Positions 18,007-29,062 are shown, numbered from the stretch's first letter. The stretch is 64,000 nucleotides of DNA from Parcubacteria bacterium C7867-007 (GCA_001189195.1 LFCQ01000003.1:7059-71058), one strand, 5' to 3'. A program made the numbers and translations. Notes: a model not told the origin generated them from the letters alone.

Positions 18007-18999
18007 ATGAACGATGCAAATTACGTCCCCACCAAATACGACTCTGTATTCTGGGTCCCCACGGATCGCATCCAACCAAACCCCTATCAACCACGTCGTG
18101 AGTTTGATGAAGATCGTCTCAAAGCGCTCGCAGAAAGTATTCGGCAGTATGGTGTGCTTCAACCGTTAGTCGTCACTCGCACGGAAGTTGAGACATTGAG
18201 TGGTGGACTACAAAGCTCCTATGAACTCATTGCAGGAGAACGTCGTCTCCGTGCATCAAAACTCATTGGTCTGAAAGAAGTACCGGTGGTGATTCGTGTT
18301 GGCGAGCAGTCTGATAGCGTAAAACTTGAACTCGCTATCATTGAGAACGTACAACGTGAAGACCTTAACTCTATCGATCGTGCCAAGGCACTCGCACAGC
18401 TTGCAGAAGAGTTCGGTCTATCGCACGGAGAGATTGGTGCAAAGGTAGGTCGTAGTCGTGAGTATGTTTCCAACTCCATTCGTCTCCTCCTCCTTCCTGA
18501 AGCCATCCAACAAGCAGTCGTTGATAAGGAAATCACAGAAGGGCATGCACGTGCACTTCTTATGCTTAACGATAAGCCAGAAGAGCGAGACACACTTTTC
18601 AAGGAGATCGTCCTTAAGAAGACATCGGTTCGTATGGTGGAACAACTTGCTCGCCGTCTAGCACAAGACAAGATTCGTAAGCATGACAAGACACCAGAAA
18701 TGATGGCTCTGGAAAAGTCCCTCACCGAAACACTTGGTACCCGTGTACTTATTGAGAACCGTCCGAAAGGTGGACGTGTACTTATTGAATTCTTCTCTTC
18801 AGAAGACCTCGCACACATTGCACAGATTCTCGCTGAGCGTCAGGAGCACGAGGCAACTATGAGCAAAGCAGCACAGTTGAGTGTGGCAGAAGTCGCATCA
18901 GCTGAGATGCCTATTCATCCCAACACGACCCAACTCAACCCTATCGCACAAGAGTCTACCGATGAGGATATATATGCGGTGAGCAGCTTCTCTGTTTAA
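18007..18999 (+). CDS. parB: chromosome partitioning protein ParB/Spo0J
   Basis: ParB box GERRLRASKLIGLKEVPVVI and an HTH region. No parA is adjacent. Confidence 0.85.
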   Translation: MNDANYVPTKYDSVFWVPTDRIQPNPYQPRREFDEDRLKALAESIRQYGVLQPLVVTRTEVETLSGGLQSSYELIAGERRLRASKLIGLKEVPVVIRVGEQSDSVKLELAIIENVQREDLNSIDRAKALAQLAEEFGLSHGEIGAKVGRSREYVSNSIRLLLLPEAIQQAVVDKEITEGHARALLMLNDKPEERDTLFKEIVLKKTSVRMVEQLARRLAQDKIRKHDKTPEMMALEKSLTETLGTRVLIENRPKGGRVLIEFFSSEDLAHIAQILAERQEHEATMSKAAQLSVAEVASAEMPIHPNTTQLNPIAQESTDEDIYAVSSFSV

Positions 19000-20654
19000 T
19001 GCTTTGAAGAACGTTTCTTGTGCGTTTTGATGGGCTTGAGATCTCCCTTTACTGACGTGGTGCCGCGCTCAGGAATTTCCAATGACACACGAATGTGTCT
19101 GCGTGCCATGCTGGTGCGCGCATAATCAAGCCACTTAGTGGTTGGATGTGCAGATGCCTTCTCAAGAATCTCCACCACATCACCGTTGCGAAGCACAGTA
19201 TCAAAGGACACCATCTTGCTATTCACCTTTGCACCGTACATGTGGTTACCCAACTCACTATGAATCGCATAGGCGAAGTCCACTGCCGTTGAATTAATCG
19301 GGAGGTCTATAACATCACCCTTTGGAGAGAATACAAATACACGATGTGAGAAGAAGTCTTCTCGAAGTCCTTGTACGAAATCCTCACTGCCCGCGGTTGG
19401 CGCATGTGCATCAGCGAGTTCAGAAAGCCATCGGGGTGCTTCCTGTACCTTCTTTGCTTTCACCTTAGCGGTTGGAGCAGGAACGATAGGAGAGGTCATC
19501 TTTCCACGAGAGAGATTAAGAAGACTTGGAACGAGTCCACGCATCCATGAGAAAGAGAGTCGCTCAAACGCAACACGTTGTGCCTGCTTCTCAAGCTTCT
19601 GACCCTTATCACCCAGCTGCTTGTATGACATGTGTGAGGCAATGCCATACTGCGCATTCTGATGCATTTCTTCAGTGCGTACCTGTACTTCCACAATACC
19701 CGCATCACCAGTTAGGATCGTGGTGTGCAGTGACTGGTATCCATTTGGTTTGGTGAAGGAGATATAGTCTTTAAATTCTCCTGGAAGTGGTTTCCAGAGT
19801 GAATGAATCACTCCAAGTACCGTATAGCAGTCGTCTACCGTTGGGACGATAACCCGCAAAGCAGCAATGTCGTGAATGGCAGCAATGTCGTCATTCTTGC
19901 GTACCAGCTTCTGATGCAGGCTCCATAACCCTTTCATACGAATGTCGGTACGGAAGTTCTTGAGTCCGCGACGTACGAGTGCGTGTTGGAGTTCTTTCTG
20001 TACCCGCACGAGACCTTCTTGTGTCTCTTTAGTCTTAAGCTTACGTACTTCCATCACGTGTGTGTGTGCATCCGCGTCAACGTACGGGAACGATAGGTCT
20101 TCCAAATCTCGTTTAAGCATACCCATACCAAGACGGTCTGCCAGTGGGGCATAGATTTCCAAGGTCTCTAGTGCGATGCGACGACGCTTTGCTTCAGGCA
20201 CATGCTCAAGCGTGGTCATGTTGTGATAGCGGTCTGCAAGCTTGATGATAAGCACACGAACATCAGCTGATGTCGCAACAAGAAGACGTCTGAGAGACTC
20301 TGCATGACGCTCTGCGCCCCGATACTTATGCTTTCCGAGCTTGGTGACACCTTCAACTAAGAAACGCACGTCAGAGCCAAATTCTTGCTCTATCTGATCT
20401 TCAGTCACTCCGGCATCTTCAACAGTGTCGTGAAGGAGTCCTGCTGCAACGGTATCTGCATCCATGCCAAGTTCAGCAAGATGTCGTGCAACCGCAGCAG
20501 GGTGGAGGAAATACTGTTCACCGGAATAGCGCTTGTGTTCTTTGTGTGCTTCTTCAGAAAATACATATGCCTTGCGTATGAGCGCCTCCTCCTCAGGTGA
20601 GACGTCTCGCATTGCTGCCAGGATTTCCTTGACGGTCGTCATACAGTACCGCAT
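18996..20654 (-). CDS. rel: bifunctional (p)ppGpp synthetase/hydrolase RelA/SpoT homologue (HD + synthetase + TGS; no obvious ACT)
   Basis: HD motif (LLHDTVEDAGV), a RelA_SpoT synthetase region, and a TGS domain (VFVFSPKGDVIDLPINSTAVDFAYAIHSELG). Confidence 0.9.
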   Translation of the reverse strand: MRYCMTTVKEILAAMRDVSPEEEALIRKAYVFSEEAHKEHKRYSGEQYFLHPAAVARHLAELGMDADTVAAGLLHDTVEDAGVTEDQIEQEFGSDVRFLVEGVTKLGKHKYRGAERHAESLRRLLVATSADVRVLIIKLADRYHNMTTLEHVPEAKRRRIALETLEIYAPLADRLGMGMLKRDLEDLSFPYVDADAHTHVMEVRKLKTKETQEGLVRVQKELQHALVRRGLKNFRTDIRMKGLWSLHQKLVRKNDDIAAIHDIAALRVIVPTVDDCYTVLGVIHSLWKPLPGEFKDYISFTKPNGYQSLHTTILTGDAGIVEVQVRTEEMHQNAQYGIASHMSYKQLGDKGQKLEKQAQRVAFERLSFSWMRGLVPSLLNLSRGKMTSPIVPAPTAKVKAKKVQEAPRWLSELADAHAPTAGSEDFVQGLREDFFSHRVFVFSPKGDVIDLPINSTAVDFAYAIHSELGNHMYGAKVNSKMVSFDTVLRNGDVVEILEKASAHPTTKWLDYARTSMARRHIRVSLEIPERGTTSVKGDLKPIKTHKKRSSKH

Positions 20655-20967
20655 AGTCTATCACCAGAGACGCACACCACCAACTTGGGGAACGTTAATG
20701 CGCAAAAAAATCGGTACTCCTGGCATCCACTGTGATGAAGGGGCGGTAGCCACCATATGCAGTATCTGCAGCGGGGCACACCGAACCCCTGATTGTCCAC
20801 GACTCAGGACGCTTGATAAATGCGGTTTCTTTGAGGGTGACGGAGGCGAGATTCCACTAAGTCCCAGAAGGATCCGCATGTTCGGTCTCCCTGATTTCCC
20901 GCCATTCATAGACTGAATGGCAAAGCAGTGTAACGAGAAAGTCGTGTCCCGAGGGACACGACTTTTC

Positions 20968-23376
20968 CTATTTCAAATACTCTGCAGCTTCAAGCGGCGT
21001 GAGTTCTTCGGGCTTCTGAGACTCTGGCAGGTATATCCTGCGCAAACCTTTCTTTAGGAATAGACCTTGTTTGGACTTGTATAGCACGATCGTTTTCCCA
21101 GTCTTTGGATGCTTCCCAACCTCGGTAACAATTTCAACACCACGGGGTGGTTGCTTCGGCTGATTAAGAATTGCAATAGCCTCATCAAGAGTAATAGTGT
21201 ACGGATCAAGTTTCTTGATAGAGCGGAACTCTCCATCGTGTGCAACGTATGGACCAAAACGTCCTGTGTTTGCAACAATCATCTTTCCGCTCACAGAATG
21301 CGCACCAAGGTCTCGTGGCAGTGAAAGATATTTAACGGCATCTGCAAGCGTTACGTTTGCAAGATCGGTTCCTGCAGGAATACTTGCACGCTTAACATTC
21401 AACTTTGGCTTCTTTTTCTTTGCTACACGCTTGGCACCCTTCTTCTTAGGTTTCTCTTCTTTGACCTCTGCAACCTCTTCAGCAGGTGCGTCTTCAAGAG
21501 GCATCTCAACATAGGGACCATAGCGGCCTGTGCGAATGAAAATAGGGAAGCCGGTATCTGGGTGCATACCGATAGGCTCATCTTGTTTAAGCTCCGTACC
21601 ATCTTCCTGACGTGCGCCATCACACTCTGGATATCGGGTGCAGCTCATGAAGATACCGCCACGACCTAGCTTGAATTCCATAGGTGCGCCACAGATAGGG
21701 CAAGGGAATTCTGCAGGTACTTCTCCCAGTGATGTTGCTTTAGGAAGTTTGTCTTTAGCGGCAATGGCCTTCTCAAATGGACCATAGAAAGCAGTCATGG
21801 TTGGAAGGTATCCTCGTTCACCTCGTGCTATTTCATCAAGCTCGTCTTCCATCTCTGCAGTGAACACATCAGAAATATATTCTGCAAAGTGTTCTTCAAG
21901 CCAACCAGATACCACCATACCGGTTGCCGTTGGAGTTAGAGTGCGACCAGTCTTCTCAACATAGCCACGATCCTGAATCGTTTTCATGGTGGATGCATAC
22001 GTTGAAGGGCGACCGATACCACGCTTTTCAAGCTCCTTAATTAAACCTGCTTCGGTATATCGGTTTGGTGGCTCAGTTTGCTTCTCTTCTTCACCAAGAG
22101 AGATAAGAGAGAGGATTTCGTTGATCTCTAGTTTTGGAAGCTCAACATCTTCGCCCCGAGCACGGGTATCGCAGGCGAGCCAGCCCGGGAAAAGGATACG
22201 AGAACCGGTGGTGGTGAATGCAGGAATCTCTGCTTCCGCTTGGCTGGTTACCGTGGTGCGTAGGGTACGTGCTGCTTTCATCTGAGACGCTACCGTACGA
22301 CGACGTATCAAATCATAGAGCGCCTGCTCATCTCCCACGGCTCCTGCGGTTGCACGACTTGGATCTGTTGGACGTACCGCTTCGTGTGCCTCCTGCGCAT
22401 TCTTGCTCTTTGTCTTGTATACACGCTTCTCTGCATATTCCTTTCCATATTCTTTCTCTGCAACAGAAAGCAACTTAGTGATTGCGTCCATACCTAGGTT
22501 TACTGAGTCAGTACGCATATACGTGATGTGTCCTGCCTCATACAGTTTCTGTGCGGCACGCATAGTACGACTTGGAGAGAATCCAAGGCGTGTGCTTGCT
22601 GCCTGCTGCAGTGTGGAGGTGGTGAATGGAGGACGGGGAACGCGCTCTTCTTCACGCTCTTTGATATCTGCGATTTTCCACGCAGCCTCACGACCAAGCA
22701 TTACGATACGTTCCGCTTCCTCCCGTGTCGCAGGTTGCTCTACACACTTTGCCGTGAATTCTGTTCCTTTCCCTTTCAGGATTGCTTCGAGTACAAAATA
22801 CGTAACAGGAATGAATGCTTTGATCTCGCGCTCACGTTCTGCAAGGATGCGTAGGGCAGGAGATTGCACACGACCTGCCGAGAGTCCGTAGCGAACCTTC
22901 TTCCAGATGAGACCAGAGAGGTCATAGCCAACAATACGATCGAGGACACGACGCGCCTCCTGTGCTTCACGCAGGTTCTCGTCAATAAGGCGGGGATGGG
23001 CTAGCGCCTCCTCCACTGCTGCTTTGGTGATTTCGTGAAATACCACACGCTTTGGTTTCTTAAGTCCAACAGCTTGCTGGATGTGCCAAGCGATTGCCTC
23101 ACCTTCGCGGTCAGGGTCTGTTGCAAGAAAGATGTCACTAGCCTTCGCGGCTGCCTTCTGGATCTTTTCAATTACCTCACGCTTGTCTGCATTAATCACG
23201 TAGCGGGGTACGAAACCACCCTCAATATCTACTGCATCCTTATTCGTCTTTGGAAGATCTCGTACGTGACCCACAGACGCAAGCACCTCGTATTCGTTTC
23301 CGAGGTACTGTTGGATCGTTCGCGCCTTTGCGGGAGACTCTACGATGAGAAGCTTTTTTCCTGTAGTGGTTGCCAT
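20968..23376 (-). CDS. topA: DNA topoisomerase I
   Basis: 802 aa with a TOPRIM N-terminus (LLIVESPAKARTIQ), Tyr-containing catalytic core, C-terminal Zn ribbons (CPICGAPM…C…C), and a basic tail. Confidence 0.95.
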   Translation of the reverse strand: MATTTGKKLLIVESPAKARTIQQYLGNEYEVLASVGHVRDLPKTNKDAVDIEGGFVPRYVINADKREVIEKIQKAAAKASDIFLATDPDREGEAIAWHIQQAVGLKKPKRVVFHEITKAAVEEALAHPRLIDENLREAQEARRVLDRIVGYDLSGLIWKKVRYGLSAGRVQSPALRILAEREREIKAFIPVTYFVLEAILKGKGTEFTAKCVEQPATREEAERIVMLGREAAWKIADIKEREEERVPRPPFTTSTLQQAASTRLGFSPSRTMRAAQKLYEAGHITYMRTDSVNLGMDAITKLLSVAEKEYGKEYAEKRVYKTKSKNAQEAHEAVRPTDPSRATAGAVGDEQALYDLIRRRTVASQMKAARTLRTTVTSQAEAEIPAFTTTGSRILFPGWLACDTRARGEDVELPKLEINEILSLISLGEEEKQTEPPNRYTEAGLIKELEKRGIGRPSTYASTMKTIQDRGYVEKTGRTLTPTATGMVVSGWLEEHFAEYISDVFTAEMEDELDEIARGERGYLPTMTAFYGPFEKAIAAKDKLPKATSLGEVPAEFPCPICGAPMEFKLGRGGIFMSCTRYPECDGARQEDGTELKQDEPIGMHPDTGFPIFIRTGRYGPYVEMPLEDAPAEEVAEVKEEKPKKKGAKRVAKKKKPKLNVKRASIPAGTDLANVTLADAVKYLSLPRDLGAHSVSGKMIVANTGRFGPYVAHDGEFRSIKKLDPYTITLDEAIAILNQPKQPPRGVEIVTEVGKHPKTGKTIVLYKSKQGLFLKKGLRRIYLPESQKPEELTPLEAAEYLK

Positions 23377-23529
23377 GTTGCTAACTCATACCGCGCATAC
23401 CTATATATGGTCAAGGAGGAGATGCCGTACAGAGGTTGTGTGGTAGTGCAGTATTTCTTGATAAAACCCTGTAGTTGAAAGCTGGTAATAGGAAAGTGAT
23501 GTCGTGAATTTGCATCTTTGCACGCCTAA

Positions 23530-24237
23530 TCAAAACATCTCATGAACATCGATACGAAGTGCTTCAAGTATATGTTCTGGTTCTGACACAAGCTGTGCAC
23601 CGAGACGAATGAACTGGTGGGAACCAGCACTATTCATGTCACGTATACGGTGCGGAACACAGAGTAGGTCTCGATCGTATTCAGCGGCTAATCGTGCACT
23701 TATAAGCGTACCGGACTTCTCCCCTGCCTCTATCACGAGAACCGCATCAGCCATCCCCACCATGATCCGGTTACGCGAAGGGAAGTCTTGCACTTGTGCT
23801 TGGTGGTCCGATGGATGTTCAGATACCAGTGCACCACCCGCACTAAGTATTCTGTTTGCAAGATCAACGTTAGTGCGTGGATACAATACCGTATCTGATA
23901 GTCCTGAACCCGGAATACCGATGGTATGTATTCCCACTGCTAGTGCCGCTTCGTGCGCGCAGGCGTCAGCACCTAAAGCGAGACCAGAGATTATTGATAG
24001 AGGGTATCCAGCTAAGCCACCAATAAGATATTCGCAGGATTCTTTTCCATACGGTGTAAGAGCTCGTGAACCCACTACCGTTAAACATTTTGTTTCTGGT
24101 ATTGGTAACGTGCCACGTACCCAAAGCTGTTCTGGTGGGTTAGGGATCTGAAGTAATTGCAATGGAAACCTCTCTTTTGTAAGTATTGAAGCTTCCATGC
24201 ACTCATAATCGCAAATGAGTGATAGTGTTCCAGTCAA
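23530..24237 (-). CDS. dprA: DNA processing protein DprA/Smf (Rossmann domain only)
   Basis: GSRALTPYGKE…SGLALGADACAHEAAL…GIHTIGIPGSGL. Sits upstream of topA in the conserved dprA-topA arrangement. Confidence 0.8.
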   Translation of the reverse strand: MTGTLSLICDYECMEASILTKERFPLQLLQIPNPPEQLWVRGTLPIPETKCLTVVGSRALTPYGKESCEYLIGGLAGYPLSIISGLALGADACAHEAALAVGIHTIGIPGSGLSDTVLYPRTNVDLANRILSAGGALVSEHPSDHQAQVQDFPSRNRIMVGMADAVLVIEAGEKSGTLISARLAAEYDRDLLCVPHRIRDMNSAGSHQFIRLGAQLVSEPEHILEALRIDVHEMF

Positions 24238-24307
24238 TTCTTTCTAAACAAACGCTGATTTTCTGCTGCTTTTCGTAATGGTAAACCTGTCGTAGAATGC
24301 GGAGAAC

Positions 24308-25576
24308 ATGCTTGATATTAATTTCATCCGCGAGAACGCTGATGTCGTAAAGGCGGGCGCTGAAAAGAAGCGCCTAGAAGTTGATATTGATCGACTCCTT
24401 TCTCTTGATAGCGAACGTAAAGTGCTGCGTGCAAAGCTTGATGACGGCAAAGCAGAGCAGAATCGTATGAGTGCAACGATTGCTAAGGCAGAAGGTGATG
24501 AACGTACCCAATACATTGAACGCATGCGTAGTGTAAAAGATGGCATGGTTGAGCTTGAGACCCAGTACGCAGCAATTCTTGAAGAGTGGCAGAAGATAAT
24601 GCTCACGGTCCCAAACATCCCTGATATGACCGTACCGGAAGGTGAGGATGATGCAGATAATCAGGAAGTACGTACGTGGGGTGAGATTCCTTCATTCTCA
24701 TTCACTCCAAAAGACCACATCGAGCTCATGACCGCTACAGGCATGGCAGACTTTGAGCGCGGTGCAAAAGTGGCAGGGTTCCGTGGATACTTCCTAAAAG
24801 GAGACGGAGTGCTTCTTGCGAATGCCCTATCACAGCTCGCCCTCAATCACTTCATGAGCAAGGGATTCGATCCGATGATGGTACCGAGCTTAGTACGTCG
24901 TGAGACATTCATGGGCACAGGATATCTTCCTCAAGGTGAAGATGATTTATATAAAACACAGGATGGTGAATACCTGGCAGGCACAGGTGAGGTTGCCGCA
25001 ATGGGATATCACATGGATGAGGTGCTTGAATGCACCGACCTACCAAAGCGCATGCTTGCATACTCGCCCTGCTTCCGTCGTGAGGCAGGAAGCCACAGCA
25101 AAGATACAAAGGGACTTATTCGTGTGCATGAATTCTTTAAATGGGAACAGATTGTACTTGCAGAAGCGTCACACGAAGGCTCGGTCCAGCTTCACGAGGA
25201 GATCACTGCAAATGCAGAAGAGTTCATGCAGAAGCTTGGTCTCCCATATCATGTCGTGGTGAACTGTGGTGGTGACCTAGGACTTGGACAAGTGAAGAAG
25301 TATGACATTGAGGCATGGATGCCATCACAAAATGCATACCGTGAGACCCACTCTGCTTCATACTTCCATGACTTCCAGACACGACGTTTGAACATTCGAT
25401 ATCGTGATGCAGAAGGGAAGATGCAATTCGCCCACTCACTCAACAACACGGCGGTTGCTATGCCGCGTGTACTCACCATGATCGTAGAGAATTATCAGCA
25501 GGAGGACGGCACTATCCGTGTTCCAGAAGTACTCGTTCCGTATGTCGGAAAGGAAATCCTGGGACGTCGTTCGTAA
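24308..25576 (+). CDS. serS: serine--tRNA ligase
   Basis: N-terminal coiled-coil arm followed by class-II aaRS core motifs (FRREAGSHSKDTKGLIRVHEF, GLG…, RVPE). Confidence 0.95.
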   Translation: MLDINFIRENADVVKAGAEKKRLEVDIDRLLSLDSERKVLRAKLDDGKAEQNRMSATIAKAEGDERTQYIERMRSVKDGMVELETQYAAILEEWQKIMLTVPNIPDMTVPEGEDDADNQEVRTWGEIPSFSFTPKDHIELMTATGMADFERGAKVAGFRGYFLKGDGVLLANALSQLALNHFMSKGFDPMMVPSLVRRETFMGTGYLPQGEDDLYKTQDGEYLAGTGEVAAMGYHMDEVLECTDLPKRMLAYSPCFRREAGSHSKDTKGLIRVHEFFKWEQIVLAEASHEGSVQLHEEITANAEEFMQKLGLPYHVVVNCGGDLGLGQVKKYDIEAWMPSQNAYRETHSASYFHDFQTRRLNIRYRDAEGKMQFAHSLNNTAVAMPRVLTMIVENYQQEDGTIRVPEVLVPYVGKEILGRRS

Positions 25577-26486
25577 GCCGGTAAAGCCTGTTGGTCACCC
25601 CGTCGCAACTCATGCGCCGGCAGTTTCAAGTGGTCCTCGTAGAAACACACCTACCAAGCGTACCTCTTCTCGACCACTAAAGGAGCAGCGCAAGAAGCAA
25701 CGTAAAACGGTTCTTATTATAGTAAGTATCATTTTGGTAATACTTGTTGCTGCAGCTATGTATGTTGCCTGGCTCCCTGCACTTCGTGTGAGTGCGTTTG
25801 AGGTAAAGGGATCAGAACAAGAAGGTATTCGTGCAACTGCTGAGCGTGCAATCACTGGCATTCACTGGTTTGGTTTGCCACGTAATTCTATTTTTGTACT
25901 TCCTGAAACTGCTATTCGTGATCAAATACTTGCAGACTACCCATCAGTGAGCGCGGTTTCTCTAAAGCCTACAGCGCTCAACACTATACTCATTACCGTC
26001 ACACCACGCGTATCAGGATTCATCTGGTGCGGTGTTTCAGTGGACGCACCTCCTGCAGATGGACAATGCTTTGATACTGATTCTGAGGGGTTAGTATTTG
26101 GACCCGCAACATACACTCAAACCTCTGCAAGCTCTTCTCTTCGTATCTTTGCTCCCCTTGATCGTGAGATCGGTGTGTCACCTGTTGGTGCGCATGTGGT
26201 GAACTCAAAGCAGATACCTGATGCACTACGCTTTGTTAAAGCAGTTCGAAGTCTCGGTGCTCCCGTCTCTACTCTTTCCATACAAGGAGACGAAGCAGAC
26301 CTGTACCTTCAAGGCCCCACCCGTATTAGATATGTGCTTGGACGTGAAGAACAAGCTGCGCAACTTGCAACCAGTGTTTTTCCAACCCTCACCCTCACTG
26401 ATCGCACCATTGAATATATTGACCTGCGATTCGTGGGGGAACCAGGCCAACCAGGCAAGGTATACGTGAAAAGATTCGGAGAATAA
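25542..26486 (+). CDS. FtsQ/DivIB-like cell division protein (POTRA domain), start uncertain
   Basis: Basic N-terminus, one TM helix, and a POTRA-like β-α-β region (…VSAFEVKG…PTALNTILITVTPRVSGFIWC…). Confidence 0.4.
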   Translation: MSERKSWDVVRKPVKPVGHPVATHAPAVSSGPRRNTPTKRTSSRPLKEQRKKQRKTVLIIVSIILVILVAAAMYVAWLPALRVSAFEVKGSEQEGIRATAERAITGIHWFGLPRNSIFVLPETAIRDQILADYPSVSAVSLKPTALNTILITVTPRVSGFIWCGVSVDAPPADGQCFDTDSEGLVFGPATYTQTSASSSLRIFAPLDREIGVSPVGAHVVNSKQIPDALRFVKAVRSLGAPVSTLSIQGDEADLYLQGPTRIRYVLGREEQAAQLATSVFPTLTLTDRTIEYIDLRFVGEPGQPGKVYVKRFGE

Positions 26487-26500
26487 GGTACGGTGCCCGT

Positions 26501-27484
26501 ATGGACTCATTCTGGAGCAAACTTCCAAAACCATTCTTTGCACTAGCGCCCATGGCGGATGTGACGGACCCTGCGTATCGTCGCCTTATCGCTGAGTATG
26601 GTGCCCCACACGTAACCTGGACGGAATTCGTCTCGGCGGATGGTCTATATCATACCCGTGAGAAGAAGGGCATGAAGGATGGAGAGAATCCCCTTGTCCG
26701 TGATCTTCAGTACTCAGAAGCAGAGCGCCCTATCGTCGCGCAGATATTCGGAAGTATCCCAGAGACGATTGAATATGCATCTGAACTAGTGGCAACACTC
26801 GGGTTTGATGGAGTGGATATAAATATGGGATGTCCTGACCGCTCCATTGAGAAGCAGGGTGCAGGTGCCGGCATGATAAAGACTCCTGAACTCGTGGCGC
26901 CCATTGTTGAGGCGGCACGCCGTGGAGCCGCACGTGGAAAAGAAGGAGGTATTCCTGTCTCACTTAAGACGCGTATCGGATACCATCAAGAAACCATGGA
27001 TACCTGGCTACCGGTGGTGCTTGCAGCAAAGCCTGATGCTCTCACGGTGCACCTGCGTACTCGTAAGGAGATGTCTAAGGTGGATGCACATTGGGAACTT
27101 ATGGCACGTGCAGTCGCGTTGCGTGATGCACATAGTCCAAACACGATCATTCTTGGAAACGGTGATGTAAACGATTTGAATGATGCACGCACTAAAGCAG
27201 AAGCATCGGGAGCAGATGGCATCATGCTCGGCCGCGCCATATTTGGTACCCCGTGGTTGTTCACTGATCGTGTGGAGGTAACCCCTGCAGAGCGCATTGA
27301 AGCACTCCGTACACTTGCACAGTATTTTAGTGAACTCCGACCCACAAAGTCCTTCCACCTACTCAAGAAGCACATTAAATCATTCATAACCGGCTGGGAT
27401 GGTGCTGCACAGCTCCGTGGGGCACTTATGAATGCCAGTACCCTAGAAGAATTGGAAAGTATTCTCGCTGCAGCAAAGCCGTAG
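26501..27484 (+). CDS. dus: tRNA-dihydrouridine synthase
   Basis: ALAPMADVTDPAYRRL, DINMGCP, and a C-terminal helical domain. Confidence 0.85.
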   Translation: MDSFWSKLPKPFFALAPMADVTDPAYRRLIAEYGAPHVTWTEFVSADGLYHTREKKGMKDGENPLVRDLQYSEAERPIVAQIFGSIPETIEYASELVATLGFDGVDINMGCPDRSIEKQGAGAGMIKTPELVAPIVEAARRGAARGKEGGIPVSLKTRIGYHQETMDTWLPVVLAAKPDALTVHLRTRKEMSKVDAHWELMARAVALRDAHSPNTIILGNGDVNDLNDARTKAEASGADGIMLGRAIFGTPWLFTDRVEVTPAERIEALRTLAQYFSELRPTKSFHLLKKHIKSFITGWDGAAQLRGALMNASTLEELESILAAAKP

Positions 27485-27500
27485 TGGTACACTTTGAGTA

Positions 27501-28535
27501 ATGGCGCATCAGTCTCTGTATCGCAAATATCGTCCGTACACCTTCAAGGATGTTGCAGGACAAGATCAAGTTATCGTGCCACTTCAGGCACAGATAGAAG
27601 GGAAATCAGTGGGGCACGCATACCTCTTTGCAGGATCCCGTGGCTTAGGAAAGACCTCAATTGCTCGTATCTTTGCTCGTGAACTTGGTACTCAAGATTC
27701 AGATCTCTATGAGATAGATGCTGCTTCAAATAACAGTGTTGATGATATTCGTGCCCTCACAGAGAATGTGTACACACTTCCTTTTGCCTCTCCATACAAG
27801 GTATATATTCTTGACGAGGCACACATGCTCTCAAAGGGAGCATGGAATGCGTTCCTGAAGACCCTTGAAGAGCCTCCTGCACATGCACTGTTCATTCTTG
27901 CGACGACTGAACTTGATAAGGTGCCTGAAACAGTACAGTCTCGTTGTCAGGTATTTCAACTCCGAAAGCCAACACGTTCTGGTCTTGCTTCCCTTGTTAC
28001 CGATATTGCAAAGAAGGAGGGATACTCTATTGAACCTGCAGCTGCTGATCTCCTTTCACTCATGGGAGATGGTTCATACCGTGATGCGCTCTCTATGCTT
28101 GAGAAAGCACTAGCCTCAGCAACAGGAAAGAAACTCACCCTTGAAGAAACTGAACAGGCAACCGGTGCACCAAAACATAGCCTCGTGTATGCACTTGTTC
28201 TAGCACTTTCAAGTGGAAACACGGAAGGTGCACTCACTAGTATTTCTAAGGCAGCAGCAGCTGAAGTGAATATGAACCTCTATCTCACACTCATTCTTGA
28301 GCGTATGCGTCTCATCCTCCTCACACGCCATGCGTCAGATATGCGTACTCAAATTAAAGAAGAAGTTGGTGCAGAAGAATATGCGGACATTGAGAAGATC
28401 GCTTCTTCAAAGGAATCAGTACTCACCCATCAAACACTCCGTATCTTTATTGATGCAGCAGCACGTATTCGTTTTTCACCTATCCCTCAGCTTCCGCTAG
28501 AGCTTGCGGTGTTGGAAGCAACAACGGGGAGCTAG
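27501..28535 (+). CDS. dnaX: DNA polymerase III subunit gamma/tau (short form)
   Basis: GSRGLGKTSIARIFAREL (Walker A), ILDEAHMLS (Walker B), and SRCQ sensor. Confidence 0.85.
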   Translation: MAHQSLYRKYRPYTFKDVAGQDQVIVPLQAQIEGKSVGHAYLFAGSRGLGKTSIARIFARELGTQDSDLYEIDAASNNSVDDIRALTENVYTLPFASPYKVYILDEAHMLSKGAWNAFLKTLEEPPAHALFILATTELDKVPETVQSRCQVFQLRKPTRSGLASLVTDIAKKEGYSIEPAAADLLSLMGDGSYRDALSMLEKALASATGKKLTLEETEQATGAPKHSLVYALVLALSSGNTEGALTSISKAAAAEVNMNLYLTLILERMRLILLTRHASDMRTQIKEEVGAEEYADIEKIASSKESVLTHQTLRIFIDAAARIRFSPIPQLPLELAVLEATTGS

Positions 28536-28819
28536 TGGTTTGCGAGAAGATTTCCTCCTCCACGGATACTTTGAACATCTACCAGCTGACGAGGGGTGAT
28601 TTGGTAGTTTGCTTGTACATACCGAAGATCATGACGGAGTTCACGTGCCATAGCGCGTTCACGCTCTGATACTAATTCAGACTCGCAGTTATTAAGAGCT
28701 TCTTCAAGAAAGCCCATCATGGTTGCAAGGAAGGCGAAGTAGTCACCCGTCTTAATATGGAAATCAATATGCTGTGGCGAGTCGTTCAGTATGAGGGTGG
28801 TGGTTGGGGTGCTGTACAT
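28532..28819 (-). CDS. hypothetical protein
   Basis: 95-aa ORF convergent with dnaX. No recognisable motif. Confidence 0.3.
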   Translation of the reverse strand: MYSTPTTTLILNDSPQHIDFHIKTGDYFAFLATMMGFLEEALNNCESELVSERERAMARELRHDLRYVQANYQITPRQLVDVQSIRGGGNLLANH

Positions 28820-28938
28820 ACTCTCAGTCTACGTACTAAGCAGGGGTGTGGGGAAGCTTTGTCTGGGGAAAACTTACTCAGTATCTTCATCGTTTCTTTA
28901 CTTGCCCGACCAACAGCTTCCGTGCATGATGAATCCAT

Positions 28939-29009
28939 TGGGAGATCGTCTAATGGTAGGACAGCGGCCTTTGAAGCCGTGAATCTAGGTTCGATCCCTA
29001 GTCTCCCAG
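28939..29009 (+). tRNA. tRNA-Gln (anticodon TTG)
   Basis: U1-A72 acceptor stem (TGGGAGA/TCTCCCA), anticodon loop CTTTGAA, T-arm CTAGGTTCGATCCCTAG. Confidence 0.85.
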
Positions 29010-29062
29010 CTTGCAGTGTTATAAAAAATCGCCCCCACCTGAGCAGGAGCGATTGGGTAACG

